Counted from the first letter of the stretch, positions 18,164 to 27,879 are shown. The stretch is 37,179 bases of DNA from an uncultured bacterium (GCA_905215275.1 CAJMPE010000001.1:1-37179); one strand, 5' to 3'. The notes: generated by a model not told the origin, from the sequence alone. Numbers and translations are program-made.

Positions 18164-18194
18164 AAAAGGGGCGCTGTGCATAGACAGCGCCCCT
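18164..18194 (-). terminator. Riboswitch expression-platform terminator
   Basis: aggggcgctgt/acagcgcccct stem followed by TTTT on the minus strand, between the aptamer and the thiM RBS. Confidence 0.75.
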
Positions 18195-18203
18195 GTAAAG
18201 GCG

Positions 18204-18298
18204 GCATGCTCCCTACGCCAGCATTAACTGACAGGTTCAAAGGATTGGGCCCTATGCCCTCTCAGCCTTGTGGTTTGCACCGCCGGCACTCCCGCATC
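18204..18298 (-). ncRNA. TPP riboswitch (THI element)
   Basis: Minus strand gatgcgggagtgc...gctgagag...cctttgaacctgtcagttaatgctggcgtagggagcat matches the TPP consensus; upstream of thiM. Confidence 0.93.
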
Positions 18299-18324
18299 GA
18301 ATCTGTTGTTCCCTATACTAACGC

Positions 18325-18359
18325 ACCTGCCAAAAAGGGACAGGTTTATTTTGGCAGGT
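18325..18359. repeat. Second palindromic REP-like element
   Basis: acctgccaaaa agggacaggttta ttttggcaggt between divergent transcription units. Confidence 0.6.
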
Positions 18360-18396
18360 CGTTACAATAGGTAGGACCGATACGAATGGGGGCCTT

Positions 18397-19305
18397 ATGA
18401 TTAAACTTGTGCTGACCGATATGGACGATACGCTGATTCCAGCCGGGCATGACGGCGCCAGCGACTACGCCATCGAGGGCATTCATGCCATGCAGGCGGC
18501 GGGTCTGCACTTTGGCCCGGTTTCGGGTCGCCAGCCGTCCGCGATGGGCTGGATGTTCAAAAATCGTTCCGAGTGTTTTTCGACTGGCGCGTTCTGTAAC
18601 GGCCAGGTGATGTTTGTCGACGGCGAGGTTGTTGCCTCCCGTGCGAGCGACAACGGTGCCCTCATGCGTCTTGCCGACTATCTTGAGCAAGAGACCGACG
18701 ATACCTATCTGAAGGTCTATAGCCTGGGCGATGACTTTTGGGGCAACGATGCCTATTGCGTGACGAGTGATCCCGAGCGCGTTCGTCGCGCCATGGAGTC
18801 GGGCGGCAACGCATGGCTCAAAGGCGAAGAGGCCCCGTGCCGTCCCGTCGTCGATGACGCGCCGGTGTTCAAGGCGAATATCTGGAGTGCCCGTTCGCGT
18901 GAGGAGCTCGCGGAGCTACGCGAGCGCGTTGCCGCTGAGGTGCCGGAACTCTCGCTCGTGTTTCCCAACAACCGAGTGCGCCTGTTCGACATCCTTCCGG
19001 CTGGTTGGGACAAGGGCTGCGCTGCGCTGGAGCTAGCGCGCGCTTTGGGTCTGACGCCCGATGAGGTGGCCGTATTTGGCGATTCCGATAACGATTTGCC
19101 CATGATCGATGCCGTTCCCAACTCCGTTGCAGTCGCCAATGCCAACGAGGCTGTCACGGCTGCCGCGCGCTGGCATATCGGCGCTGCGGCAGACGATGCG
19201 GTTGCCGGGGCTTTGCATCAGATTGCCGCTTGCGCCGCGACGGGGGAGATGCCGCCGTTTATGCGCCTGCCGGGTACTGCCGACGCGAATCTCACGAACA
19301 GCTAA
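18397..19305 (+). CDS. Cof-type HAD-IIB family hydrolase
   Basis: DMDDTL, SGR, CNG, DKG, FGDSDNDLPM, VANA. Confidence 0.9.
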   Translation: MIKLVLTDMDDTLIPAGHDGASDYAIEGIHAMQAAGLHFGPVSGRQPSAMGWMFKNRSECFSTGAFCNGQVMFVDGEVVASRASDNGALMRLADYLEQETDDTYLKVYSLGDDFWGNDAYCVTSDPERVRRAMESGGNAWLKGEEAPCRPVVDDAPVFKANIWSARSREELAELRERVAAEVPELSLVFPNNRVRLFDILPAGWDKGCAALELARALGLTPDEVAVFGDSDNDLPMIDAVPNSVAVANANEAVTAAARWHIGAAADDAVAGALHQIAACAATGEMPPFMRLPGTADANLTNS

Positions 19306-19315
19306 GGAGACAGCC

Positions 19316-20212
19316 ATGAAGCTCCAGCAGCTCAGATATGTCGTCAAAGTTGCCGAATGCGGCAGCATTACCGAGGCCTCGCGCCGGCTCTTTGTATCGC
19401 AGCCTTCGATTACCGCGTCGATTCGCGATCTCGAAAACGAGATGGGTGTGCACATCTTTGAGCGCACCAACAAGGGCGTCATTGTGTCCGAGGAAGGCGA
19501 GACCTTCTTGGGCTATGCGCGCCAGGTACTCGACCAGGCCGACCTGCTCGAGGGCAAGTACAAGGGCGCATCCGAGCAGGTGCCGCACTTTAGTGTGAGC
19601 TGCCAGCATTATTCCTTTGCCGTCAACGCGTTTGTCGACGTGATCCGCGAGTTCGATGCCGCGCGCTACGACTTCACCCTGCGCGAGGAGCAGACTCACG
19701 AGATTATCGAGGATGTCGCGCATATGAAAAGCGAACTGGGCATCCTGTACTTATCCGAGCATAACCGCGAGGTCATCGAGCGCATGCTGGTGGCCAACGA
19801 GCTCGTGTTCGAAGGACTCTTCTGCGCCACGCCGCATGTCTTCGTCTGCGCCGACCATCCGCTGGCGGACCGCTCCAGCGTGACGCTCGAGGATCTGGAA
19901 GACTACCCGTTCCTGTCCTACGAGCAGGGCAGCTACAACTCGTTTTACTATTCCGAGGAGCTGACCTCGACGTTCGAGCGTCGCAAAAATATCCGCGTGC
20001 GCGACCGTGCGACGTTGTTCAACCTGGCCATGGGCCTCAACGGCTACACGGTATGCTCGGGCGTGATCAGCCACGAGCTCAACGGCCCCGGCATTATCTC
20101 GATTCCGCTCGACGTGGACGAGTACATGGAGATTGGCATCATCACGCGCAAGAACACGACGCTCACGCGCTACGGTCGGGCCTATATCGACGCGATTCGT
20201 CAGCATATCTAG
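19316..20212 (+). CDS. LysR family regulator (MtaR/MetR-like of Firmicutes)
   Basis: MKLQQLRY...GSITEASRRLFVSQPSIT HTH; SCQHYSF, YEQG...FYYSEE, DRAT motifs; RBS aaggag. Confidence 0.9.
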   Translation: MKLQQLRYVVKVAECGSITEASRRLFVSQPSITASIRDLENEMGVHIFERTNKGVIVSEEGETFLGYARQVLDQADLLEGKYKGASEQVPHFSVSCQHYSFAVNAFVDVIREFDAARYDFTLREEQTHEIIEDVAHMKSELGILYLSEHNREVIERMLVANELVFEGLFCATPHVFVCADHPLADRSSVTLEDLEDYPFLSYEQGSYNSFYYSEELTSTFERRKNIRVRDRATLFNLAMGLNGYTVCSGVISHELNGPGIISIPLDVDEYMEIGIITRKNTTLTRYGRAYIDAIRQHI

Positions 20213-20259
20213 GCTGCTGTGCTCCGCACGGTTCAAGTCTCTTTATGACAGTCCAGACT

Positions 20260-20291
20260 GATATAGGAAGCATCTATATCAAACTGTTATA
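20260..20291. promoter_or_regulatory. LysR (MtaR/MetR-type) operator TATAG-N7-CTATA plus an overlapping degenerate site
   Basis: gaTATAGgaagcatCTATAtc at 20260-20280; second TATAT-N7-TTATA at 20275-20291. Confidence 0.7.
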
Positions 20292-20367
20292 AACGTATAT
20301 TTTACGATGGTCATATGAGCGCTCATACTCTGTCCCAGTAAAGCAACCAATGCAAAGGGAGATATCT

Positions 20368-21501
20368 ATGAGCACTTCGATTCAACCGAACGCGCCGTTT
20401 CGCGCCGATATTGTCGGCAGCTTTCTTCGTCCGCAGGCTGTAAAGGACGCCCGTGCCGCCTATGTCGCGGGTAAACTCGACGCTTCCGGCCTTAAGGCCG
20501 TCGAGGACGATGCCATTCGCGATTTGGTGGCAAAGCAGAAGGCCGCCGGCCTGCAGGTCATCACCGATGGTGAGTTTCGCCGCAGCTACTGGCACCTCGA
20601 TTTTATGTGGGGCCTTAACGGCATTGAACGCCGTGCCTCGCGTACGGGTTATATGTTCCACGACGAGGAGACCACAGCCGACACCGCCGTGGTAACCGGC
20701 CCCATTAGCGGCGAGAACCATCCGTTCGTCGAGCACTTTAAATTTGTCAAGGCGCTCGAGGGGGAGGGCCAGGTCGCGCGGCAAACCATTCCGGCGCCGA
20801 TCCAGACGTTCTCCGAAGTCACGCTCGACCGCTGCGACGGCCAGCAGGAGAGCCTGCGCGCTGTCTATAAGACCGATGAGGAACTTGCCGACGCCATCGC
20901 AGCCGCTTATCGCACGGTGATCGCCGACCTGTACGCAGCAGGCTGCCGCAACATCCAGTTTGATGACTGCACCTGGGGCATCTACTGCGACACCGATTTT
21001 GTCGCCAAAACCGGCATGAGCCCGGTCGACCTGCAAAAGGTAAGCGAGCTGGGCGTGGCGCTCAACAATGCCGCCATCGCGGACAAGCCCGACGATCTGG
21101 TCATCAACACGCATGTGTGCCGCGGCAACTACCACTCCACCTATGCCTTCGAGGGCGGCTATGACCCCATCGCGCCGTACCTGTTCGCAAACGAGGATGT
21201 CGATGCATTTTACCTGGAGTTCGATACGCCGCGCGCCGGCGGTTTTGAGCCGCTCAAGTACGTTGCCCCGGGCAAGAAGGTCGTGCTGGGCTTGGTAACC
21301 ACCAAGGCGGCAGAGCTCGAGAACGAGGATGTTATCGTCGAGCGCATCCGTGAAGCCGCAAAGTACGTGCCGCTCGAGAACCTGTATCTGTCGCCCCAGT
21401 GCGGCTTTGCCAGCTGCGAGATTGGCAACAAGCTGACCGAGGACGAGCAATGGGCAAAGATCGCGCTGGTCAAGCGCGTTGCCGAGCGCGTTTGGAAATA
21501 A
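20368..21501 (+). CDS. Cobalamin-independent methionine synthase II family protein (single-barrel MetE-like, YxjG/YxjH type)
   Basis: ADIVGSFLRP, TDGEFRR, THVCRGN, YLEFD, SPQCGFAS zinc-ligand motifs. Confidence 0.9.
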   Translation: MSTSIQPNAPFRADIVGSFLRPQAVKDARAAYVAGKLDASGLKAVEDDAIRDLVAKQKAAGLQVITDGEFRRSYWHLDFMWGLNGIERRASRTGYMFHDEETTADTAVVTGPISGENHPFVEHFKFVKALEGEGQVARQTIPAPIQTFSEVTLDRCDGQQESLRAVYKTDEELADAIAAAYRTVIADLYAAGCRNIQFDDCTWGIYCDTDFVAKTGMSPVDLQKVSELGVALNNAAIADKPDDLVINTHVCRGNYHSTYAFEGGYDPIAPYLFANEDVDAFYLEFDTPRAGGFEPLKYVAPGKKVVLGLVTTKAAELENEDVIVERIREAAKYVPLENLYLSPQCGFASCEIGNKLTEDEQWAKIALVKRVAERVWK

Positions 21502-21623
21502 CGGTAACGTTCGCAGGTGGCGGCGCGTGCGAGACATGGCGTATCGCGTACAATGGTTCGGATCGTATCGTTCGGGCAGGTTATCCGATATGCCCGATCA
21601 CCCTTCCATTCGAAAGGACATCC

Positions 21624-22958
21624 ATGTCCCAGTCTTCGACGCCCGCCGTCACCGATGCCATCTACGATGCATCGTCGCTTGGCCGCCCGCGCATGTTCCT
21701 GCTCGGTCTGCAGCACCTGTTTGCCATGTTTGGCGCCACCGTGCTGGTGCCCGTGCTCACCGGTCTCTCGGTTTCGGCGACGCTTTTGTTTGCCGGCTTG
21801 GGCACGCTGCTGTTCCACTTCTTGTCGCGCGGTAAGGTGCCGGCATTTTTGGGCTCATCGTTTGCCTTTATTGCCGGTTATGCCGCAATCGCGCCCAACG
21901 GCGAGACCGAGCTTTTGCCCTACGCCTGCCTGGGCGTAGCTTGTGCCGGTCTGCTCTATCCGGTGCTGGCGGCGCTCTTCCGCGCGTTTGGCGCCAAGCG
22001 TGTCATGCGTTTCTTTCCGCCGGTGGTGACTGGCCCCATCGTCATTTCCATCGGCTTGATCCTGGCAAGCTCCGCTATTGCTAACTGCCAGACCAACTGG
22101 CTTGTGGCTGTCATTGGCGTTGCCGTTATCGTCATCTGCAACATCTGGGGCCGTGGCATGGTCAAGATCGTGCCGATTTTGCTGGGCGTTGTGGTGAGCT
22201 ATGCCGTTGCGGCTGCGCTCGGCGAGGTTGATTTCTCGGGCGTTGCCGCCGCTCCGTGGGTCGGTCTGCCCATCGTGTGGGACAACACCGTGTTTGCACT
22301 CTTTGGGCCGCAGTTCGATAGCGGTCTTGCCACGACGGCCATCATCACCATCATGCCGCTGGCCTTCGCGACCATGATCGAGCATATCGGCGATATCTCT
22401 GCTATCGGTTCGACTTGCGAGCGCAACTACATTGCCGATCCCGGTCTGCATCGCACGCTGCTCGGCGACGGCCTTGCCACGATTCTGGCTTCGCTCTTTG
22501 GCGCTCCGGCCAACACTACGTATGGTGAGAACACCGGCGTGCTCGCCCTGACGCGCGTGTTCGACCCGCGCGTAATTCGAATTGCCGCGTGTTGCGCCAT
22601 CGTGCTTTCGTTCTGCCCCAAGTTCGCGGCTGTCATTGCGGCCATGCCGGCGTGTGTGATCGGCGGTGTGTCGCTCGTGCTCTACGGCATGATCAGCGCT
22701 GTGGGCGTCCGCAACCTCATCGAGAACCAGGTCGATTTCCAGAACAACCGCAACGTGCTGGTTGCCGCGCTGGTGCTCGTGCTTTCGCTCGGCATCGCGT
22801 ACAGCACCGCCGGCGCCATCGTGTTGGAGCTGGGCGGCGTGACCATTTCGCTGTCCGGCATTGCCGTGGGCTCACTGGTGGGCATTGTGCTCAACGCCAT
22901 CCTGCCGGGTAACGACTTTGAGTTTGATGTCTCCGAGCTTGAGGAGGCTGCTGAGTAG
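21624..22958 (+). CDS. Uracil/xanthine permease (NAT/NCS2, UraA/PyrP-like)
   Basis: GLQHLFAMFGATVLVP, LGSSFAFI, EHIGD, NTTYGENTG, YGMI; RBS aaagga. Confidence 0.9.
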   Translation: MSQSSTPAVTDAIYDASSLGRPRMFLLGLQHLFAMFGATVLVPVLTGLSVSATLLFAGLGTLLFHFLSRGKVPAFLGSSFAFIAGYAAIAPNGETELLPYACLGVACAGLLYPVLAALFRAFGAKRVMRFFPPVVTGPIVISIGLILASSAIANCQTNWLVAVIGVAVIVICNIWGRGMVKIVPILLGVVVSYAVAAALGEVDFSGVAAAPWVGLPIVWDNTVFALFGPQFDSGLATTAIITIMPLAFATMIEHIGDISAIGSTCERNYIADPGLHRTLLGDGLATILASLFGAPANTTYGENTGVLALTRVFDPRVIRIAACCAIVLSFCPKFAAVIAAMPACVIGGVSLVLYGMISAVGVRNLIENQVDFQNNRNVLVAALVLVLSLGIAYSTAGAIVLELGGVTISLSGIAVGSLVGIVLNAILPGNDFEFDVSELEEAAE

Positions 22959-22983
22959 CAGCTGCGTTCAGCTAAAACAAGAT

Positions 22984-23021
22984 ATGGTGCCTATGCGTAT
23001 ATGCGTGTGGGCACCATTTTT
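22984..23021 (+). terminator. Intrinsic terminator between convergent genes
   Basis: atggtgcc...ggcaccat followed by a T-run. Confidence 0.65.
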
Positions 23022-23685
23022 AATGTGTCAGTATCCAGTGGATGCCGCGGGCCATGCGTAAGTCGGTTTGGGCAAAGTGATTGCCGGGGTTGAGCTCCAG
23101 CGTTGTTGGAATGCCGCGCTCGACGAGCAACGCTTCCATCGCGCGTGTGTCGTCGAGTACATGCCGCATCATGCGGTTGGGCGTCTTGGTTTCCTTTTTG
23201 CCGAGTGACAGGTAGACGGCTTGCGGGCTGCCGGCAAAAGGGGCCGTGCTGGCACGGTCGACAAAGTCGGGAAACCATAGCGACCCCGATGCGCTCGCGG
23301 CGCGGTCAAAGGCGTCGGTTTGCCAGAGGGACCAGAGTGCGAAGAGGCCCGCGAGCGAGTAACCGGCAATGCCGCGCCAGGTGGGCGGCTGAGGAAGCGA
23401 CGACTCGACCTGGGGGATTATCTGATTCAGCAGCTCATCAAGAAAATCGGCAGCTTGGCCGCCGAAAGGCTCGGCATCGCGTACGGTCCCGTCGCATGCC
23501 CAGGGGCTCAGCTCGCGATTCCAATCGAGCCCGCCAATGGTGACGAGGGCGAATGGCGGACAGTCGAGCTCTCGGCAACACTTATAAACCTCGCTGCCGT
23601 CGCCCACGACCACAGGAAGGTAGATGACAGGCGCGCTTTCCGTATGATTCGAATAAACGGTTATCTGCTTTTGATGCGCTTCCAT
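23020..23685 (-). CDS. Alpha/beta hydrolase-fold esterase
   Basis: GYSLAG nucleophile elbow, SGSLWF, LSLG.KE, NPGNHF. Confidence 0.85.
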   Translation of the reverse strand: MEAHQKQITVYSNHTESAPVIYLPVVVGDGSEVYKCCRELDCPPFALVTIGGLDWNRELSPWACDGTVRDAEPFGGQAADFLDELLNQIIPQVESSLPQPPTWRGIAGYSLAGLFALWSLWQTDAFDRAASASGSLWFPDFVDRASTAPFAGSPQAVYLSLGKKETKTPNRMMRHVLDDTRAMEALLVERGIPTTLELNPGNHFAQTDLRMARGIHWILTH

Positions 23686-23797
23686 GACGGGCTTCTCTCA
23701 GTGTTGTGATATCGGCAGCCCCAATTGTCGCACGCCAGCGTATGCCGGTTGGGCTAGACCAAAGACAATCTCGTGCATCCCCTGCGGACTCATATGG

Positions 23798-23835
23798 AAA
23801 ACGCCACCGCCGGAGGGGAGCTCGGCGGTGGCGTT
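23798..23835 (-). terminator. Terminator of the surface-protein array
   Basis: aacgccaccgccg / cggcggtggcgtt stem, T-run on the minus strand. Confidence 0.7.
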
Positions 23836-23892
23836 GTTAAACGGTGCTGGGGCTCGGGGCCTTCGCGGGAGCTGCCATGTGCGCAGAGGCGT

Positions 23893-25677
23893 TTAAGAAC
23901 GCTTACGGCTCGCCATGGTGCCTGCGGCGATAGCGGCTGTTCCCGCAAGGACGGTTGCCACGATGGCCGCACCCGAGGTGTCGCCGGTTGCCGCGAGCAC
24001 GCCGGTAGTCTTGGCTTTCGTGGTTGAAGCCGCAACGGCCTTGGTCGGCTTTGAGCCCTCAGGCTTGGGGTTCTGCTTGGACTCCGCGGGCTTGCTTTCT
24101 GCGGGCTTGGTCTCGTCGGGCTTGGGGTCTTCCGGCTTGGCTACCTCGGGAGGTGCGATGGTCGTACTTTTGGCGACTGCTTTGATATAGAGGGAGTCGA
24201 CCGTGGCGTCGCCCGTGCCGATGGCCTGGCCTGCCTCGTAGATGCCGTCACGGAGCTTGCGATAGTCAATGACCTTGCCGCCTTCGGGCGTCTGGATGGC
24301 GGCGTTCTCAATCTTGATGGTGCCGATTGTCTTGCCGTCAGCGCTCATGGCACGGGCAAAGATTGCCGCTGTATCTCCTTCGGCCGTTACCTTGCTGCGG
24401 ATGATCGAGATGACTGCGGGTGTGACGCCCTCGCTGGTCTGGGCGATGATGCCGATGTTCTCGCCTTGGGGTTCGCGCCTCGTCTCGCCATCTTGGTTTT
24501 CGCTGTAGGGGATGGGGCCGTCGCCGTTCTCGACATAGCGGGCTATGGCCTTGACAACGGAGTCGCTGATGTAGATGTGGCCGCCCTTCTCGTTGGGTCG
24601 ATCGTTTCTGGTGGAGAATGCAGCCGAAACCTCGCCTTCCGCAAACGCGTCCACGGTGGAGCCGTTCTTGACGACGATGTCGTCCTGGTAGGTGAAGAGG
24701 GCGTTGGCGCCACCGTATCTGCCTTTACTTGCACGGACCGTCACGTTTGCATGATCGAGGGTGATGCCCTTGTGGGCATAGACGCCATATTCAACACCGT
24801 TTACGTTGAGGGAGGCGTTTGTGGCTGCGAGGCTGCCCTTGGCCTCGACGGCAGCGTCTTTCTCGGAGCTTGCCTTGACCTGGCTGCCGTCCGAGATGTT
24901 GATATTGCCGCTGCTCCAAAGGGCCTCACCATCGGCTGAGCTTGCCTCGACCGTCCCGCCACCCTTGATGGTGAGGTTCTTGTCGGCTCCAATACCCTTG
25001 TCCTTGGTAGCCCTGGCGGTGATGGCTCCGCTGTCGTCAATCGTGATATTGCCGTTTGCCCTGATGCCATCCGATGCACCCGTGGCGTTGACGTTGCCCG
25101 AACCTTTGATAGCGAGATCACCTCCGGCATTGATGGCATCAAACCCAGTGCTCGTGGCGTTGACGGATCCGGCTCCGTCGATGTTGATATTACCCGTGGA
25201 GAGGATAGCGTCCTCAGTAGATGTCACGCTGAGCGTGCCGCCCTCGTCGCCTTGGATATTGAGCTCGGCATTCTCGTTAGTGCCATGAGAAACGTTGATG
25301 CTTTCGATCCATTCGGCAGTGACGATGTTGGTTCCCGAGTAATTCACGTTGAGCTTGCCTGCGGCCTGGATCTCGCCGCCGTTATAGTTGTTGAGCTTCA
25401 AGTCGTCGGCGCCGTCCCACGACCAGGTACCGGCCTCGTCGCTCGCCGCGGTGTTGTACTTGTTGCCGCCGACCTTGACCCATTCCGCTGCGAGCGAGAC
25501 GCTCGGCATGAGCAGCGAGCTCACCGTGAGCGCGCACACGGCGCCCGCGACGATGCGGCGCGTCACGCGGCGCCAGCTGCCGTGCGCGAGTCCTATGCGA
25601 CGGCGAACGTCGGGTTCGGCAACATGGGTTCCGGCGGTAGTGTCATTGCGTTTGGGGGTCGTGAACAAGGCTGCCAT
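23893..25677 (-). CDS. Sortase-anchored surface protein with right-handed beta-helix (Cthe_2159-like carbohydrate-binding) repeats, copy A
   Basis: Long Arg-rich signal peptide ending SLAA; ~23-aa G-x-I-x-I-x-G-x-G-x-V-x-A repeats; PEDPKPDETKP linker; LAATG + hydrophobic stretch + RKRS. Confidence 0.8.
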   Translation of the reverse strand: MAALFTTPKRNDTTAGTHVAEPDVRRRIGLAHGSWRRVTRRIVAGAVCALTVSSLLMPSVSLAAEWVKVGGNKYNTAASDEAGTWSWDGADDLKLNNYNGGEIQAAGKLNVNYSGTNIVTAEWIESINVSHGTNENAELNIQGDEGGTLSVTSTEDAILSTGNINIDGAGSVNATSTGFDAINAGGDLAIKGSGNVNATGASDGIRANGNITIDDSGAITARATKDKGIGADKNLTIKGGGTVEASSADGEALWSSGNINISDGSQVKASSEKDAAVEAKGSLAATNASLNVNGVEYGVYAHKGITLDHANVTVRASKGRYGGANALFTYQDDIVVKNGSTVDAFAEGEVSAAFSTRNDRPNEKGGHIYISDSVVKAIARYVENGDGPIPYSENQDGETRREPQGENIGIIAQTSEGVTPAVISIIRSKVTAEGDTAAIFARAMSADGKTIGTIKIENAAIQTPEGGKVIDYRKLRDGIYEAGQAIGTGDATVDSLYIKAVAKSTTIAPPEVAKPEDPKPDETKPAESKPAESKQNPKPEGSKPTKAVAASTTKAKTTGVLAATGDTSGAAIVATVLAGTAAIAAGTMASRKRS

Positions 25678-25822
25678 GGTTGCTCCCGTTCTCATAGGGC
25701 CTATACGACTAGATTCAGCGTATCTGCTGGATGTTGCCGGCGGTAGTGCCGTTTGGAGGGCAAAATGGCCAAAATGGGGGAGAAATAGGCCGCACGCCGG
25801 CGCAGGGACCGGCGCTAAAAGA

Positions 25823-25855
25823 AAAGCGCGGGGCCGCATGGCGACTCCGCGCTTT
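25823..25855 (-). terminator. Duplicated NCS2-gene terminator, now downstream of surface protein B
   Basis: aaagcgcgggg...ctccgcgcttt, homologous to 27880-27914. Confidence 0.7.
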
Positions 25856-25881
25856 ATTGTTCAGCTTTTGCAGCCTTGCCC

Positions 25882-25926
25882 TTACGCTACGAAGAAGTAG
25901 ACGAGGAAGGCAAGGGCCGCGATCCA
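25882..25926 (-). pseudogene. 45-bp remnant of the NCS2 permease 3' end (WIAALAFLVYFFVA*)
   Basis: Matches 27941-27985 at 42 of 45 nt; identical translation. Confidence 0.85.
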
Positions 25927-25948
25927 CCCGTCCCGTGCGAAAAAGTGT

Positions 25949-27733
25949 TTACGAGCGCTTGCGGCTCACCACGGCGCCTGCGGCGATGGCGGCTGTTCCC
26001 GCAAGGGCGGCTGCCACGATGGCTGCGCTCGAGGCGTCGCCGGTTGCCGCGAGCTTGCCGGTGGTCTTGGCTCCCGTGGCTGCAACTGCAACGGTCTTGG
26101 TCGTCTTCGTGCCCTCGGACTTGGAACCCTCGGGCTTGGTCTCGCCGGGCTTCTCCTCGGGTTTGGTCTCCTCGGGAGGAACGATGACCGTGCTCTTGGC
26201 GACAGCTTCGTCGTAGGGGGAGTCGACCGTGGCGTCGCCCGTGCCGATGGTTTGACCCGCCTCGTAGGAGATGCTGGAGCCGTACTCTTCTTCGTAGCGA
26301 TAGTTAATGATCTTGCCGCCTGCGGGCGCCTGAATGGGAGCGCCTTCGATCTTGATGGTGCCGATCGCCTTGCCATCTTCGCTTATGGCAAGAGCGAAGA
26401 TTGCCGCCGTGTCTCCCTCAGCCGTGAGCTTGCTGCGGACGATCGAGATACTCGCGGGCGTGATGCCCTCGTAGGTCTGGGCGAAGATACCGATGTTCAG
26501 ACCCCTAGGCTCAGGGATGACCGCGCCGCTTTGGTCGTTGCTGTAGTGATCGGGGCCGTCGCTACCGGACTCGACATAGCGGGCTATAGCCTTGACAACG
26601 GAGTCGCTGATGTAGATGTGTCCGCCAGCGACGTTTGGCTGGTGGTTTCTGGTAGAGATTGCAACCGAGAATTTGCCTTCCGCGAACGCGTCCACGATGG
26701 AACCATTCTTGATGACGATGTCGTCCCCGTCAGTGATGAGGGCGATGGCCTGGCCGCCGCTCGCGCTTGTACGGACCGTCACGGTCGCGTGATCGAGCGT
26801 AACGCCCTTGTAGGCATAGACACCATATTCAACACCGCTTGCGTCAAGGGAGGCGTTCGTGACCGCGAGACTGCCCTCAGTGTCGACGGCAAGATCTCCC
26901 TGGGAGCTTGCCTCGACCTGGCTGCCGCCCGAGATGTCGATGTTGCCGTCAGCCCAAATCGCCGCTTCTTCTATCGAGCTTGCTTCTACCTTGCCACCGC
27001 CTTTGATGATGAGGTCACTGCCCGCGGCGACGCCGTAACCTTCGCCTCCTTTAGCGATCACTGTGCCAGAGGAATCGATGGTGGTCTTGCCCTTGGATTG
27101 GATACCTTCGGTACCGCCCGTTGCATTCACGGTGCCCGAGCCCGTGATAGAGAGGTCGCCCTTTGCCTCAATTCCGTCGGAAGTAGTGCTTGTGGTGTTC
27201 ACAGTGCCTGGGCCAGAAATGGAGAGGTCGCCTGTGGATTTAATTGCATCGGCCTCGGCTGTCACATTGAGCTCATCCGTGCTATTCGAGCTCGTTATGT
27301 TCAACTCCGCTTTCTGGTTAGTGCCATCCTGCGCTTTGATGGCGGCTCCGGTGTAATCGGGCTCGGTTTTCACGGTGTTCTTGCCCTCGTAGGCAATGTT
27401 GAGCTTGCCAGCGGCCTCGATCGCACCGCCGTCATAGCCGTTGAGCTTCATGTCATCGGCGCCGTCCCAGCTCCAGGTGCCAGCCTCGTCACCCGCCGCG
27501 GTGCCAGCGTCATACCGGCTGCCGCCGACGTCCACCCACTCGGCGGCAAGCGAGATGCTCGGCATGAGCAGCGAGCTCACCGTAAGCGCGCATACGGCGC
27601 CTACAACGATGCGGCGCGTCACGCGACGCCAACTGCCGTGTGCGAGCAGCGTGCGACGGCGCACGTCGGGCTCGACAAAATGGGCTCCAGAGGTTTTGTC
27701 ATTGCGCTTGGGGGTCGTGAACAAGGCGGCCAT
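25949..27733 (-). CDS. Sortase-anchored beta-helix surface protein, copy B
   Basis: Paralog of copy A (MAALFTTPKRND...RRVTRRIV..AVCALTVSSLLMPS; GHIYISDSVVKAIARYVE; LAATG; RKRS); same 1785-bp length. Confidence 0.8.
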   Translation of the reverse strand: MAALFTTPKRNDKTSGAHFVEPDVRRRTLLAHGSWRRVTRRIVVGAVCALTVSSLLMPSISLAAEWVDVGGSRYDAGTAAGDEAGTWSWDGADDMKLNGYDGGAIEAAGKLNIAYEGKNTVKTEPDYTGAAIKAQDGTNQKAELNITSSNSTDELNVTAEADAIKSTGDLSISGPGTVNTTSTTSDGIEAKGDLSITGSGTVNATGGTEGIQSKGKTTIDSSGTVIAKGGEGYGVAAGSDLIIKGGGKVEASSIEEAAIWADGNIDISGGSQVEASSQGDLAVDTEGSLAVTNASLDASGVEYGVYAYKGVTLDHATVTVRTSASGGQAIALITDGDDIVIKNGSIVDAFAEGKFSVAISTRNHQPNVAGGHIYISDSVVKAIARYVESGSDGPDHYSNDQSGAVIPEPRGLNIGIFAQTYEGITPASISIVRSKLTAEGDTAAIFALAISEDGKAIGTIKIEGAPIQAPAGGKIINYRYEEEYGSSISYEAGQTIGTGDATVDSPYDEAVAKSTVIVPPEETKPEEKPGETKPEGSKSEGTKTTKTVAVAATGAKTTGKLAATGDASSAAIVAAALAGTAAIAAGAVVSRKRS

Positions 27734-27879
27734 GGTTACTCCCATCCTCATAGGGCCTATGCGATTAAGCCCAGCATATCTGCAGGATGCAGCCGGCGGT
27801 AGTGCCGTTTGGAGGGCAAAATGTCCAAAACTTGGGAAGCAAAACATCGCGCGTCCGTGCGTTGCCTGGCTTTAAAAGA

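Noticed and set aside
21502..21623. PyrR attenuator upstream of the uracil permease
   Set aside because: No AGUCC-GNGAGG binding loop or U-tailed terminator; only a cgggca/tgcccg stem.
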